Source of the DNA: Deltaproteobacteria bacterium
Lineage (GTDB): Bacteria; Desulfobacterota; Binatia; UBA1149; CAYXZP01
Length of the DNA stretch: 64,000 bases
Direction: 5' to 3'
NCBI GenBank assembly: GCA_046583365.1
Contig: JAYGCL010000038.1
Span: 9,720-73,719, forward strand
Shown: piece by piece, positions 1 through 9,909 of the stretch
How the letters are laid out: every line of letters begins with the position of its first letter
Numbering within the stretch: position 1 is the stretch's first letter
Program-made: the position numbers and the translations under genes
The notes under the pieces: generated by a model
What the model was told of the DNA's origin: nothing
Databases searched by the model: none
What the model saw: only the letters and a program-made list of their open reading frames with translations

Positions 1-240
1 ACTGCGCTCGATGACGTCGGCAACGCTCTGGTACCCGCGCCATGCGTTCCTGGCCGTCAGAATACTGGTGAAACCAGCGGCATCGGATGTGACCTCGAAG
101 CGCGAGTTGCCGGGGTCGGCAATGACCACGATGGGGCGCAGGCGGTTGTCGGCTTGTTCGTCACCCGTGGCTTGGCCGACTTGGCCGAGTACGGCCAGGA
201 CCAGCACCAGGGCTGCACAGGGGACCAACGGGCATCGCAA
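1..240 (-). CDS. hypothetical exported protein, N-terminal part (gene runs off the window start)
   Basis: Minus-strand frame (codons on 1-3, 4-6, ...) is open from about 300 to position 1 with no stop, so it is absent from the ORF track. Translation ...RCPLVPCAALVLVLAVLGQVGQATGDEQADNRLRPIVVIADPGNSRFEVTSDAAGFTSILTARNAWRGYQSVADVIERS has a signal-peptide-like hydrophobic N-terminus. Candidate TTG start at 238-240. No family recognised. Confidence 0.3.
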   Translation of the reverse strand, partial: MRCPLVPCAALVLVLAVLGQVGQATGDEQADNRLRPIVVIADPGNSRFEVTSDAAGFTSILTARNAWRGYQSVADVIERS

Positions 241-327
241 AACGGCGGCACGGTATGGACCGCCTCGCAGGCTGTCAAACAAAGGTGGTACTTGGCGCTT
301 TTTTCGGGATAGTATCGCCCCAGCGTT

Positions 328-1512
328 TTGACCTCATCCGATACCAGACGGGCAATATCCATCCTCGGATCGACAGGTTCGATCGGCACCACATCGCTGG
401 ACGTTGTGGGGCGTTTTGAAGACCGTTTCCGAGTGGTCGGGCTGGCCGCCGGCCGCCGCGTGGGCCTGCTCAAGGAGCAGATAGAGCGTTTTCGTCCGTC
501 CATCGTCTCGGTTGCCGATGCCGCCGAGGCTGCCCACCTTGCCGAGGCGCTTGGCCGGGGTGGCCCCAGGGTCTGTCACGGTGCTGAGGGCCTTGTTGCC
601 GTGGCCACCGCCACGGGTACCGATGTCCTGGTCTCCGCGTTGGTTGGTGCCGTGGGTCTTGGCCCCACGCTGGCGGCTGTGGACGCGGGAATCACCGTGG
701 GGTTGGCCAACAAGGAAGTGATGGTTGTGGCCGGCCAACTTATAGTCGCCCACGCCCGCGCCGCCGGTGCCCGTGTGTTGCCGGTTGATAGCGAACACAA
801 TGCAATCTTTCAGGCCTTGCAGGGGCGCCGTAGCCAGGACGTAAGGCGCATTGTGCTGACGGCTTCGGGCGGACCCTTTCGCGAAACCTCCGGGCCCGAG
901 TTGGAACGCGTCACCAGGGGGCAGGCGCTTGCCCACCCCACCTGGCAGATGGGCGACAAGATCAGCATCGATTCGGCCACGCTCATGAATAAGGGGCTCG
1001 AGGTTATCGAGGCGCGGTGGTTCTTTGACGTTGAGTCGGCAGCCATCGATGTGGTTGTCCACCCCCAGAGCATCGTCCATTCGATGGTCGAATACCGCGA
1101 CGGCACCGTGATTGCGGTGTTGGCGATACCCGACATGTCGATTCCCATAGCCTACGCGTTGTCGTGGCCCGACCTCCTCGACCTCGGCTACCTGCCCTCT
1201 CTCGACCTTGCAGAGGTCGGTACCCTGACTTTTGGCAAGCCCGACATCGGGCGCTTTCCCTGTCTGCGCCTTGCCTATGATGCCCTGGCTGCCGGCGGCA
1301 CCATGCCGGCCGTTACCAATGCTGCCAACGAAGTGGCGGTGGCGCGTTTTCTTGCCGGCGACATCGGCTTTACCGATATCCCACGCGTGATTGAGGGCAC
1401 CATGAACGACCACCATGCGTGTTCCTACTCCACCGTAGACGACCTGTTGGCCGTCGATGGTTGGGCGCGGGAGAGGGCCTCTGCCCTGGAAGGCCACCGG
1501 GCCATTGCGTGA
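328..1512 (+). CDS. dxr: 1-deoxy-D-xylulose 5-phosphate reductoisomerase
   Basis: ILGSTGSIG NADPH-binding motif, NKGLE and conserved C-terminal blocks; 394 aa; TTG start at 328. Confidence 0.9.
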   Translation: MTSSDTRRAISILGSTGSIGTTSLDVVGRFEDRFRVVGLAAGRRVGLLKEQIERFRPSIVSVADAAEAAHLAEALGRGGPRVCHGAEGLVAVATATGTDVLVSALVGAVGLGPTLAAVDAGITVGLANKEVMVVAGQLIVAHARAAGARVLPVDSEHNAIFQALQGRRSQDVRRIVLTASGGPFRETSGPELERVTRGQALAHPTWQMGDKISIDSATLMNKGLEVIEARWFFDVESAAIDVVVHPQSIVHSMVEYRDGTVIAVLAIPDMSIPIAYALSWPDLLDLGYLPSLDLAEVGTLTFGKPDIGRFPCLRLAYDALAAGGTMPAVTNAANEVAVARFLAGDIGFTDIPRVIEGTMNDHHACSYSTVDDLLAVDGWARERASALEGHRAIA

Positions 1513-3409
1513 TCTGCGTCGTTTCCTTTGCCCGGCCGTAGTCGTTGCGGCGGCGGCCCTGGCTCTGCGTCGTCTCGATGATTTTGACACCTGGTGGCAC
1601 CTGGCCGCTGGCCGTTGGATCTTCAACAACCGCGAGGTTCCACTGACCGACACCCTCTCCTATTCGGTGCCTGCCAATGCGTGGACCGATGTGCAGTGGC
1701 TATACGACCTTGCGCTCTACGGTCTTTACCAGGCCGGTGGTGCCGGAGCCCTGGTGCTGGCCACCACTGTTATTCTAACCGCGGCCGTGGCGCTCATGCT
1801 GCGCAACATGAGGATGTTTGCCGGTCCGGTCCTGTCGGCGCTGGTCGGCATATGGGTTGTGTTGGTGGCCGAAGAGCGTTTCTTGATACGGCCGGAATCC
1901 GTTTCCCTGTTGCTCCTGCAAGTACTGCTCTACGTGCTGTTGAGTGCTGCCCATGGCCACGGCAAACGACTCTGGTTGTTACCACCCCTGATGGTTCTGT
2001 GGGCTAACACCCATGCCCTTTTTATAATAGGCGTTTTCCTCGTTGGTGCGGTCACGGCAGTGACGGCCGTTGGCCAACTGATGGCCGCGGCCGCATGGGC
2101 GGTGCCGTCCGTCCTCAAGCCTTTCCAACCACCGGCCGCCCGGCAAATGCTGGTCATCGGCCCGCTGTCGGTGGTGGCCACGCTGTGTAACCCCTATCTG
2201 TCGGACGGAGTGCTTTTCCCGCTCGGCCTGCTGTCACGCATAGACGGGTCGCAGGCTGTTTTCCGCGCCATCGGCGAGTTCCGGCCGCCCTTTTCCGACT
2301 TCTTTCCCACCTCGGCGCTCATGGCCTACCAGACCCTGTTCGTGTTGGCGGTGGCGGTGGTGGCTTGGGCATTTTTGCTACGTTTGCTGCGGCGCCGTTC
2401 CCCCCAGGACCTGGGCTTGGCGGGGTTGGTTATATTTGCCGGCCTGGCCTGGCTCTCCCTGCTCGCCCGCCGCAACATCGCTATCTTTGCCATGGGAACG
2501 GCACCGTTTATTGTGTCTGCTCTTGCCTTTACCGGCACCGGTCTTTTCGCCGCCGGTAGAGTTCGTGGCCGTGTCACACAAGCGCTGTCGGCCGTCTTCC
2601 TGGCCTCCGTCGTTTTGTTCGTTGCGGCCGTGGCCACCAACCAGTGGTACCGTTTGTCGGGTACGACCCACGAATTCGGCCTTGGCGTGTTGGAAGAAAA
2701 TTTTCCTTCCAGGGCGGTGGCTTTTACCCGTGAGACCGGACTCCCGGGACCGCTCTACAATGACTTAAGCAGCGGTGGCTACCTTAGTTGGGACAGCCCT
2801 GTTCCAGGCGGCGTCTTTATAGATGGACGGCTCGAAGTGTACGGTGCTGAGTTTTTTTCCAGTTACCGTTCGGCGCTGTCCAACCCTAGAAAGTGGCAGC
2901 TTCAGTCTGCAAAGTACGCGGTCAACACCGTCATCATGTTTCACCGTTGGGGTGACAGGCAACCCATAGTTCGATGGCTCTTCGACAATCCAGCCTGGTC
3001 TTTAGTCTACCACGACGAGGTGGCCGTGGTGTTTGTCCGAAGCCAGGGTAACGCCGATGTAATCAGGCGGGCCCGTATGGAGTTTCCTCTCTGGTACGAC
3101 GGTAATCGGCGTCGTCTGCTTGGCGCCACCCCCGTCCTGGTCTGGCCTCTTGGCCGCGTGGCCGGACTCATCGCTTACGGCAACCTGCTCTTTAACCTGG
3201 GCGAGGACCATGCGGGTGCCGAAATGTACGCTCGGGCGGCCGACCTTGGGCCCAAGGCGCATATAGAGTCCAAGCTGCGCTACCGGATTGCCCGCCACCT
3301 GGCCCGTAGGGGGGAAACGGCCGCCGCCCGCCTGGGCCTCGGACTGGCCCTGGGTCTGGACCCCGGCAACAGCCGGGCCCGGGAGATGTTGGAACGCCTT
3401 GGCCAATGA
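1457..3409 (+). CDS. polytopic membrane protein (GT-C-like glycosyltransferase fold?) with C-terminal TPR-like repeats
   Basis: About 12 predicted hydrophobic helices; first loop RRLDDFDTWWHLAAGRW (acidic/aromatic motif as in GT-C enzymes); C-terminal soluble tail with TPR-like repeats (LGLGLALGLDPGNSRAREMLERLG). True start probably downstream of 1457 (e.g. TTG ~1505) because dxr ends at 1512. Confidence 0.55.
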   Translation: MVGRGRGPLPWKATGPLRDLRRFLCPAVVVAAAALALRRLDDFDTWWHLAAGRWIFNNREVPLTDTLSYSVPANAWTDVQWLYDLALYGLYQAGGAGALVLATTVILTAAVALMLRNMRMFAGPVLSALVGIWVVLVAEERFLIRPESVSLLLLQVLLYVLLSAAHGHGKRLWLLPPLMVLWANTHALFIIGVFLVGAVTAVTAVGQLMAAAAWAVPSVLKPFQPPAARQMLVIGPLSVVATLCNPYLSDGVLFPLGLLSRIDGSQAVFRAIGEFRPPFSDFFPTSALMAYQTLFVLAVAVVAWAFLLRLLRRRSPQDLGLAGLVIFAGLAWLSLLARRNIAIFAMGTAPFIVSALAFTGTGLFAAGRVRGRVTQALSAVFLASVVLFVAAVATNQWYRLSGTTHEFGLGVLEENFPSRAVAFTRETGLPGPLYNDLSSGGYLSWDSPVPGGVFIDGRLEVYGAEFFSSYRSALSNPRKWQLQSAKYAVNTVIMFHRWGDRQPIVRWLFDNPAWSLVYHDEVAVVFVRSQGNADVIRRARMEFPLWYDGNRRRLLGATPVLVWPLGRVAGLIAYGNLLFNLGEDHAGAEMYARAADLGPKAHIESKLRYRIARHLARRGETAAARLGLGLALGLDPGNSRAREMLERLGQ

Positions 3410-3443
3410 CGCCAGCCTGGGCAATACTTGAGAGACTACGCGC

Positions 3444-3719
3444 ATGGGATTGCCAAGAATATTGAAAGTTACGGCCATGGCGGCCGTGGTGCTGGCCCTG
3501 GAATGGAAACTGGTCGACCCGGCGGCAATAGCCTCAGACCCCCAGCGCTTTGCCATTCCCTGGGCCATGTTGGCACTGTCGGTGCCTCTGTCTATCGGAG
3601 TGTGGGCCTTTGAGGTGACATCCCAGGGGCGTTCCGAACCAAAAGTCGATGCCCTGTGGGCTGTTCTCCTGGGCACCTTTGTTTACGCATCCTTCTCACT
3701 TATCAGTCGCGCCCTGTAG
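3444..3719 (+). CDS. small hypothetical membrane protein (2-3 TM)
   Basis: 91-aa ORF in the gap between the convergent TPR-membrane protein and pabC genes; hydrophobic segments AAVVLALEW and LALSVPLSIGVWAF. No family recognised. Confidence 0.3.
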   Translation: MGLPRILKVTAMAAVVLALEWKLVDPAAIASDPQRFAIPWAMLALSVPLSIGVWAFEVTSQGRSEPKVDALWAVLLGTFVYASFSLISRAL

Positions 3720-3753
3720 CACGAGGATTTGCCGCACCGGTCCCCGTGCGAAC

Positions 3754-4644
3754 CTAGTCTCCCAACTCGGAAATTTTGACGCCGAGGCTGCGGGCCACGT
3801 GGCGGCGGTAGAGGTGTTGTAACCGGCGGGTGAAGGGTCCCACCTGCCCCGTGCCGATCCGCCGCCTGTCGACCCGGATGACTGGAGTCACTTCTATGGT
3901 GGAGGAGGTGATGAACAGTTCGTCGGCCCCCAGCAGGTCGTCGGCCACCAGGCGACGTTGCTCAACCGGGGCAATGCGTGAGGCCAGCTTTATGACCAGG
4001 GCTCTGGTTACGCCGGGCAGGATGCCGGCCTCTACCGGTGTGGTCATCACGCGTCCGTTTTTGACCACAAAAAAATTGCTGGTTGTGCCCTCGAGTACGG
4101 TGGAGTCGGCCAGACGGTAGAGAGACTCAAAACAGCCCCGGCGTTTGGCGTCGGTTTTTCCCATTACCGCGGGCAGATAGTTGAGCGTCTTCAGTTGTCG
4201 GAGTTCGGCGTTGACGCCGGTGCCGAAGTCCATCAGGTGCACCCCCACGCCACTGTGGCGGGCCTGGCCGAGGTCGGCTTCCAGTGGCCTGAAGAGCATC
4301 AGGCGGGTGGGTCGTGCCTTGCCGGTGGCCACCAGGGACACGGGTCCGGGGCCTCTGGTTACGGTGAGCCTGATGGCCCCCCCACAATCCATCTTCCCAG
4401 CCATACGCGCCAGACGCAGGGTGCGGGTCTCCCAGGCTTCGGCCGGGTCGAAGGGGATGCCCAGCTTGCGAGCGGAGGTGGCCATACGTTTGAGATGTTG
4501 GGCCAGCGCGAATGGTTTGCCGCGGTAGGTCCGCCAGGTTTCAAACAGTCCCTCACCAAAGAGAAAGCCCCGGTCGAGGGCCGATATTTTAGCCTCCGAG
4601 GTTTTCCCGTAGTGGCCGTTGAGGAAGCAGAATTCGGCTTTCAT
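3754..4644 (-). CDS. pabC: aminodeoxychorismate lyase (class IV aminotransferase fold)
   Basis: Fold-type IV PLP enzyme motifs (FLFGEGLFETWR..., EGTTSNFF); 4-nt overlap with upstream PabB-like gene. Confidence 0.7.
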   Translation of the reverse strand: MKAEFCFLNGHYGKTSEAKISALDRGFLFGEGLFETWRTYRGKPFALAQHLKRMATSARKLGIPFDPAEAWETRTLRLARMAGKMDCGGAIRLTVTRGPGPVSLVATGKARPTRLMLFRPLEADLGQARHSGVGVHLMDFGTGVNAELRQLKTLNYLPAVMGKTDAKRRGCFESLYRLADSTVLEGTTSNFFVVKNGRVMTTPVEAGILPGVTRALVIKLASRIAPVEQRRLVADDLLGADELFITSSTIEVTPVIRVDRRRIGTGQVGPFTRRLQHLYRRHVARSLGVKISELGD

Positions 4645-6029
4645 TGGGCCACCGCCTGGGGGTTGCGGTGTTGGTCGAGGGCAGCCAGGAAGGCCTTTGC
4701 CTTGGTGTGGGTTTCTTCGATTTCTTTTTCCAGTTCGGAATCAGCGACGATGCCGCCCCCGGTCATGTAGTGGATATAACGGCCGTCGCACACGGCCGTT
4801 CTGATTGCGATGTTGAGGTCGCAGGACCGTGAACCGTTGAAAGAGCCGATAGCTCCGGTGTACACACCGCGGGCCGAAGGTTCGACTTCGGCTATGATCT
4901 CCATGGCGCGTATTTTTGGTGCACCCGTGATCGACCCGCCCGGAAAGGTGGCTTTCAAGATGTTTCCTATACGGCAGTCCTGGCGCAGGACGCCGCTTAC
5001 CTTGGAAACCAGGTGGTGGACTGTGGCAAACGATGCCACCTGTGCGTAACTGTCCACCTTTACCGTTCCTGTCTTGCATATGCGGCCGAGGTCGTTGCGC
5101 TCAAGATCCACAATCATGACGTGTTCGGCCAGCTCTTTCGGGTCGCTGCGTAGCTGTGTCCGTGCCGCCTCATCATCGCTGGGGTTTTCGTGGCGGGGCC
5201 TGGTTCCTTTTATGGGGTAGGTGGAGATGAGGTCGCCCTGGATTTTGAGGAAACTTTCGGGCGAGTTGCTGAGCACCGTCAAGGTCCCGGTATCGAGATA
5301 GGCTCCCTGCGATACGGGCTGTATGTGTCTGATACGCCGGTATATGCAGACCGGGTCGTCGTTGAGTTGCATCGTGATCTTTCTGGCCAGGTTGGCCTGG
5401 TAGATCTCCCCTGCGGCGATGGCCTCCTTTATGCGGGCGAACGCCTTTTTGTAGTCTCGCCGCCAGCGCTCTTCGCTGACCGGTCCCTGGTCTTGTTGCC
5501 GTGGCCGCTCCTGGCCGTCGCCGAGTCTGCGCAACTCGCGGGCGGCGCTTGCCGGCACCGCCCCCCGGCCGGGCTGAGGCTGGAAGTTTATGCTTGTGGC
5601 GTTGCCGGTTCTCGCGTCCCAACGGTCGACGCGGTCGTAGGTCGACAGCAGGGCCAGCGGGGTTGTGCCCGACAGCGACCCGCCCCCCCCCCGGCCCTGG
5701 TCCATGAAGGCCCCCAGTTCGTAGGCCAGATAGCCCACGGTGCGGGGCGGTGCGGGGTCGTCCACACTTCCCCCCACGGGCTCGGCCGCGCTCTCTTCTA
5801 CAAAGGCCTCGATAGAGTCCAGGGGCCGGCGGCCATCGGGTTGCCACCCCCTGTCGGTCCACAGCAGGCAAGTGCCGTTGGCCAGTACGGCGAGTTGGGC
5901 AACCGGCTGAGAACCGGCAAAAGCCGATCCCGTGTCGCCTGCCCGGTCAAGAAAAAACGCGTAGGGGCGGCTCGCATGGTTGACGAACATCGCCCACGGG
6001 CCTGCCGGTCTGTAGTCTGGGTTTGGCAT
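4641..6029 (-). CDS. pabB: aminodeoxychorismate synthase component I (chorismate-binding enzyme)
   Basis: Chorismate-binding domain motifs FPGGSITGAPKIRAMEII, AIRT, MTGGGIV. Called PabB rather than TrpE because of the translationally coupled pabC. Confidence 0.8.
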   Translation of the reverse strand: MPNPDYRPAGPWAMFVNHASRPYAFFLDRAGDTGSAFAGSQPVAQLAVLANGTCLLWTDRGWQPDGRRPLDSIEAFVEESAAEPVGGSVDDPAPPRTVGYLAYELGAFMDQGRGGGGSLSGTTPLALLSTYDRVDRWDARTGNATSINFQPQPGRGAVPASAARELRRLGDGQERPRQQDQGPVSEERWRRDYKKAFARIKEAIAAGEIYQANLARKITMQLNDDPVCIYRRIRHIQPVSQGAYLDTGTLTVLSNSPESFLKIQGDLISTYPIKGTRPRHENPSDDEAARTQLRSDPKELAEHVMIVDLERNDLGRICKTGTVKVDSYAQVASFATVHHLVSKVSGVLRQDCRIGNILKATFPGGSITGAPKIRAMEIIAEVEPSARGVYTGAIGSFNGSRSCDLNIAIRTAVCDGRYIHYMTGGGIVADSELEKEIEETHTKAKAFLAALDQHRNPQAVAQ

Positions 6030-6080
6030 CCGGAGAGGCTCTCCTAGGCTCTTGCCGGGGCGCGGTCAACCGCAGCGCGG

Positions 6081-7016
6081 TTGCCAGGGGAACAGACGGC
6101 ATTTACTGTGATGGCGGTGGATGCCTGCCTGGACATTTTGTACGAAGCCTCACGGGCTACTGTTACCGTCAACGCACAGATTCCAGAGTCCAACCCTTCG
6201 GCGCCGGTTCTCGGTACGCGACGTTTTGGTACCGGTACCGGTGTCGACGATAGCGGCCTTGTACTGACGGTGAACTACATCGTATTGGGGGCCAACGTGG
6301 TTACCCTCACCGATATCGATGGCAAAATTTACGATGCCCGTGTAGTTGCCCAGGATTTCGCCACCGGGATAGCCCTCTTGCGTACCGAAGATCAACGCAT
6401 CGCCTGTGTCGCTGCCGGCAGTTCTGCTGAGACCAGGCTGGGAGACGATGTTTTTACGGTTTCCAGTGTGGGCGAAGAAGAACGGCGCAGCGGGTGGGGC
6501 ACGGTGATTTCCCTCGACCCATTCGACGCCTATTGGGAGTACCGGTTGGAGCGGGCCGTGTGGGCCACGGTGGCCAATCCCGGCTTGGGGGGAGCCCCGT
6601 TGCTCAACAGTGGAGGAGAACTCATAGCCGTGGTGTCTTTGAACCTGGGCGCCGTCGGCAGGTCCACCCTGGCCGTTCCCGCCGAGAGCTACTACGATCA
6701 TGCCCGCGAACTGCTGACCCATGGGCGCAGAATCTCGCGCCCACGGCGGGCCTGGTTGGGCATGTTTTGTTATTCCTTTCCCGACCGCACGGTGGTGGCG
6801 GGTCTGGTGGCCGGCGGCCCCGGCGAGTCCAACGGACTACAGGTGGGTGACGTCATCGTACGTATCGACGGCGAGCAGATAAGCGACCGCGCCGAACTCT
6901 ACGAAAGACTCTGGCGCCGTGGCCCCGGTGACAGCGTTGAACTTTACGTCTACCGCGACAGCCGCTTGGTAACCGTAGCGGTAAATGCCGGCGATGCCGA
7001 GGAATTCTTTGCCTGA
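6081..7016 (+). CDS. HtrA-like (S1C) trypsin-fold protein with C-terminal PDZ domain; catalytic His and Asp apparently substituted
   Basis: Trypsin-fold blocks TVNYIVLGAN (normally TNNHV), GIALLRT (normally DxALL), LNSGGELIAV (GNSGG Ser block retained); PDZ-like GLQVGDVIVRIDGEQISDRAELYERL. No obvious signal peptide. Confidence 0.6.
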   Translation: MPGEQTAFTVMAVDACLDILYEASRATVTVNAQIPESNPSAPVLGTRRFGTGTGVDDSGLVLTVNYIVLGANVVTLTDIDGKIYDARVVAQDFATGIALLRTEDQRIACVAAGSSAETRLGDDVFTVSSVGEEERRSGWGTVISLDPFDAYWEYRLERAVWATVANPGLGGAPLLNSGGELIAVVSLNLGAVGRSTLAVPAESYYDHARELLTHGRRISRPRRAWLGMFCYSFPDRTVVAGLVAGGPGESNGLQVGDVIVRIDGEQISDRAELYERLWRRGPGDSVELYVYRDSRLVTVAVNAGDAEEFFA

Positions 7017-7024
7017 CTGAACAC

Positions 7025-8191
7025 TCAGGCTTCGCGGACGGCCAGGTCCTTGGGGCCGGCCAGGAAGATTCCGAGCCCGACGGTGGTCACTGCCAGGGCT
7101 ACCAGGAACATGGTCTGGTAGCCCTGGTGTTCAGCGATGCTGCCGAAAAAGAAGGAGCAGCTGGCTATACCGAATCCGTAAGATCCGCTGAATATGGATT
7201 GGATACGGCCAATATTTTTTGGGTTGCTCCAGTCTGCTACCAGCGCGTTCATGGTCGGGTAGAGGAGGCCCTGGGCCAGCCCGAAGATAACCGCCACTGT
7301 GAGTATGCCGCCCAGGCTGCGGCTGAAGGCCAGGATCAGGACCGACAGGCTCATCATAGCCATGGCCGGCAACAGTACGGTGCGGCGGCCGTAGCGGTCG
7401 GAGGCCTTGCCGAGAAAAACTCGCACGGCCACCGCTGCCATGCTCCACACCGAGAAGAAGACCCCCACCCGGCCGATGGAAAACCTTTCCATTAAAACGG
7501 GTACGAAGGTCTGTACCGCACCGAAGCCGAAGCCGTAGCAGAGCATGGCCAACGAGGCCGAGATGACGGCACGGCGGGCGAGTTCGGGGTCGTGGCCGCG
7601 GACGGCCGTGTTGACCGGCAGTTCTGGTGGTTTAGGGATCAAGCATGCCATGGCCAGGGCCGCGACCGCCACCGCGCCGGCCACGCCGAACATGGCGGTA
7701 AAGCCCCAGCGTGCCACTATCTCTTCGCCGATGATCGGGCTGATGGCGTGGGTCAGTATTGTGGAAATACCAAACCAACCGAGCGCTTCGGCACGGCGGC
7801 TGAGGGGGGCGAAGAGCACCGCCAGCGTCTGTGCGCCGGTAAAGGCGCAGGTGAAGGCTATCCCTTGAATAGCCCTGAGTACGTAGAGGTCGGGACCGAT
7901 TCCATCCAGCCGCAGGTAGGCAAAGGCCGTGGCCGCAGCTACGGCGGAGCCGGCAACCATGAAGCGGCGCCGTCCGAAGCGGTCGAGCAGGTAGCCGATA
8001 ATGGGAAGTACGACCAGGCCGGAAAAACCGGCAACGCCGATCACCCGGCCGGCAACTTCCTCGCCGCCACCGTGTTCGAGTACCCACAGGGGCAACAGGA
8101 AGAAGAAGGACAGACTGAGGAAAAACAGGAAATTGGCGGCTGCGACGAAGAAAAATGCTCTGGGAATGGGGACCTTGGAATTTGCAGCCAT
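7025..8191 (-). CDS. MFS transporter
   Basis: 12-TM profile; MFS signature-like DRFGRRR and DRYGRR loop motifs. Confidence 0.75.
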   Translation of the reverse strand: MAANSKVPIPRAFFFVAAANFLFFLSLSFFFLLPLWVLEHGGGEEVAGRVIGVAGFSGLVVLPIIGYLLDRFGRRRFMVAGSAVAAATAFAYLRLDGIGPDLYVLRAIQGIAFTCAFTGAQTLAVLFAPLSRRAEALGWFGISTILTHAISPIIGEEIVARWGFTAMFGVAGAVAVAALAMACLIPKPPELPVNTAVRGHDPELARRAVISASLAMLCYGFGFGAVQTFVPVLMERFSIGRVGVFFSVWSMAAVAVRVFLGKASDRYGRRTVLLPAMAMMSLSVLILAFSRSLGGILTVAVIFGLAQGLLYPTMNALVADWSNPKNIGRIQSIFSGSYGFGIASCSFFFGSIAEHQGYQTMFLVALAVTTVGLGIFLAGPKDLAVREA

Positions 8192-8286
8192 CCGCTTTAA
8201 CTAACCGGCCTCCCGCCCCCAGGCAACGCCAGGGCGACGGCGCTTGAATTGCGACCGGTGGCTGACGATGATTGCCTGACCCTGCG

Positions 8287-9909
8287 ATGTATGAGCGCTT
8301 TTATTCGCTTGACGACCGGCCTTTCCGGCTGACTCCGGACCCCGGCTACCTGTATCTCGGTGAACAACACAGCGAGGCTATGGCGCATCTGCGCTATGGT
8401 CTGGAAGAGGCAAGCGGGTTCATCGCGGTGACCGGCGCCATCGGGACGGGCAAAACCACACTGCTGCGTGCCCTGCTCAAGGAGATGCGGTCCGAGTTCG
8501 AGGTCGCCTACATTTTCAACCCGGTTCTGACCACCACGGAACTGTTACAAACCGTCAACGCCGAGTTCGGACTCGTCTGTCGTTCGACGAGCAGGAAAGA
8601 ACTTACCGAGGCCCTCAACGCTTTCCTGGTCGAGTGCAAGAGGAAGGGCGGGAGGGTCGTGGTGGTGGTGGACGAGGCCCAGAATCTGTCGCCCCGGGTT
8701 CTTGAACAACTCAGGCTGTTGTCGAATCTCGAAACCGAAACGGAAAAACTCCTGCAGATAGTCTTGCTGGGGCAGCCCGAGTTGCGGTCTCTGCTCAGCC
8801 GGCCGGAACTTGCCCAACTGGCCCAGCGTATAACCGTGCGTTGGCATCTCGAACCCCTGGGGCGCAGTGACACGCATGCGTACGTGAGCCATCGGCTCTC
8901 GGTGGCCGGTGCGAGCGAAGAGATTTTCGACGCTGAGGCCCTTGACCTCATCCACGACCATGCCTCGGGAGTGCCCCGGCTTATAAACATACTTTGTCAT
9001 CGCAGCCTGCTGGTCGCCTATACGCGGGCTGTGGCAAGGGTAGGCCAACGCGAAGTGGCGGTGGCGGTACTCGAGCTCGAGCACGGTCGTGTGCCGTTGG
9101 CGCCGCGTAAATCTTCCTGGTCTATGGCTGCTGTTGTCGGCGGTGGTGGGGTAGCGGCCGCTGTGGCCGTGGCCTTTGTGTTGCTAGGCCCGCTGGGCCG
9201 CAGCAACGGGCCTACCCCGGAGGCCAGGCCACGGCCTATGGTTGCCGCCGTGGCGGTGGAGGGGCCCCGCCACTCTGTGGCCCTTCTGGCTGAAACTTTG
9301 TCGGCTTCGCCGGCTTACGAACAGACAGTCGCGGCGGTGTCTGGTCTGTTGGGTCTGTGGCAGAAAGAAGGCCTGGGCAGTGTTCTGCCGGACCGTATCG
9401 ATTTAGAAAAACTGGCCAACCGCCGTGGTCTTGGCTATATTGCCGCCTCTGTGAGTCACCGTCTGCTTGAGATTCTGGACTTGCCGGCCCTCGTCGAATT
9501 GTCGGCTGGGGATGATGGCATTGCCCGTTACGTTCTGGTCGAGGCTCTTGGGCGCGACCAGGCCACCCTGCGTGTGGGCACCAATACGGTTGAGGTGGCC
9601 GGACTGGATTCCCTGTCTCTGTGGAACGGCCACGCCCATCTACTGTGGGATGACAGGCTGGAGATTGGGGGGACGGTTGGAGCGGGCAGCAAGGGCCCCG
9701 GGGTTAAGAGCCTGCAGGTCTTACTGTCCGAGGCCGGTGTTTACAGCGGCAAGCCCAGCGGTGTTTATGATGAGGCTACCGAGAATGCCGTACGGGGTTT
9801 TCAGGCCGAACTCGGTGTGGAGCCTGACGGAGAAGCCTCGGTGGTAACACAAATCGCCCTTTACAACGCCGCGAGCCGTGGCCCAAGGCCCTCTCTGAGG
9901 TTGCAATGA
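8287..9909 (+). CDS. gspA: ExeA/GspA-like AAA+ ATPase with C-terminal peptidoglycan-binding domain (type II secretion secretin assembly)
   Basis: N-terminus MYERFYSLDDRPF...LYLGEQH (ExeA hallmark), Walker A GAIGTGKTT, central TM segment, C-terminal PG_binding_1-like repeat (GSKGPGVKSLQVLLSEAGVY...DEATENAVRGFQ). Start moved to internal ATG 8287. Confidence 0.75.
   Translation: MYERFYSLDDRPFRLTPDPGYLYLGEQHSEAMAHLRYGLEEASGFIAVTGAIGTGKTTLLRALLKEMRSEFEVAYIFNPVLTTTELLQTVNAEFGLVCRSTSRKELTEALNAFLVECKRKGGRVVVVVDEAQNLSPRVLEQLRLLSNLETETEKLLQIVLLGQPELRSLLSRPELAQLAQRITVRWHLEPLGRSDTHAYVSHRLSVAGASEEIFDAEALDLIHDHASGVPRLINILCHRSLLVAYTRAVARVGQREVAVAVLELEHGRVPLAPRKSSWSMAAVVGGGGVAAAVAVAFVLLGPLGRSNGPTPEARPRPMVAAVAVEGPRHSVALLAETLSASPAYEQTVAAVSGLLGLWQKEGLGSVLPDRIDLEKLANRRGLGYIAASVSHRLLEILDLPALVELSAGDDGIARYVLVEALGRDQATLRVGTNTVEVAGLDSLSLWNGHAHLLWDDRLEIGGTVGAGSKGPGVKSLQVLLSEAGVYSGKPSGVYDEATENAVRGFQAELGVEPDGEASVVTQIALYNAASRGPRPSLRLQ

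Noticed and set aside
11-503. ORF-track ORFs 11-331 (+) and 57-503 (-) at the window start
   Set aside because: No recognisable protein features, and they overlap dxr or each other. The plausible gene here is a different minus-strand frame that is open to position 1 (reported as a partial CDS).
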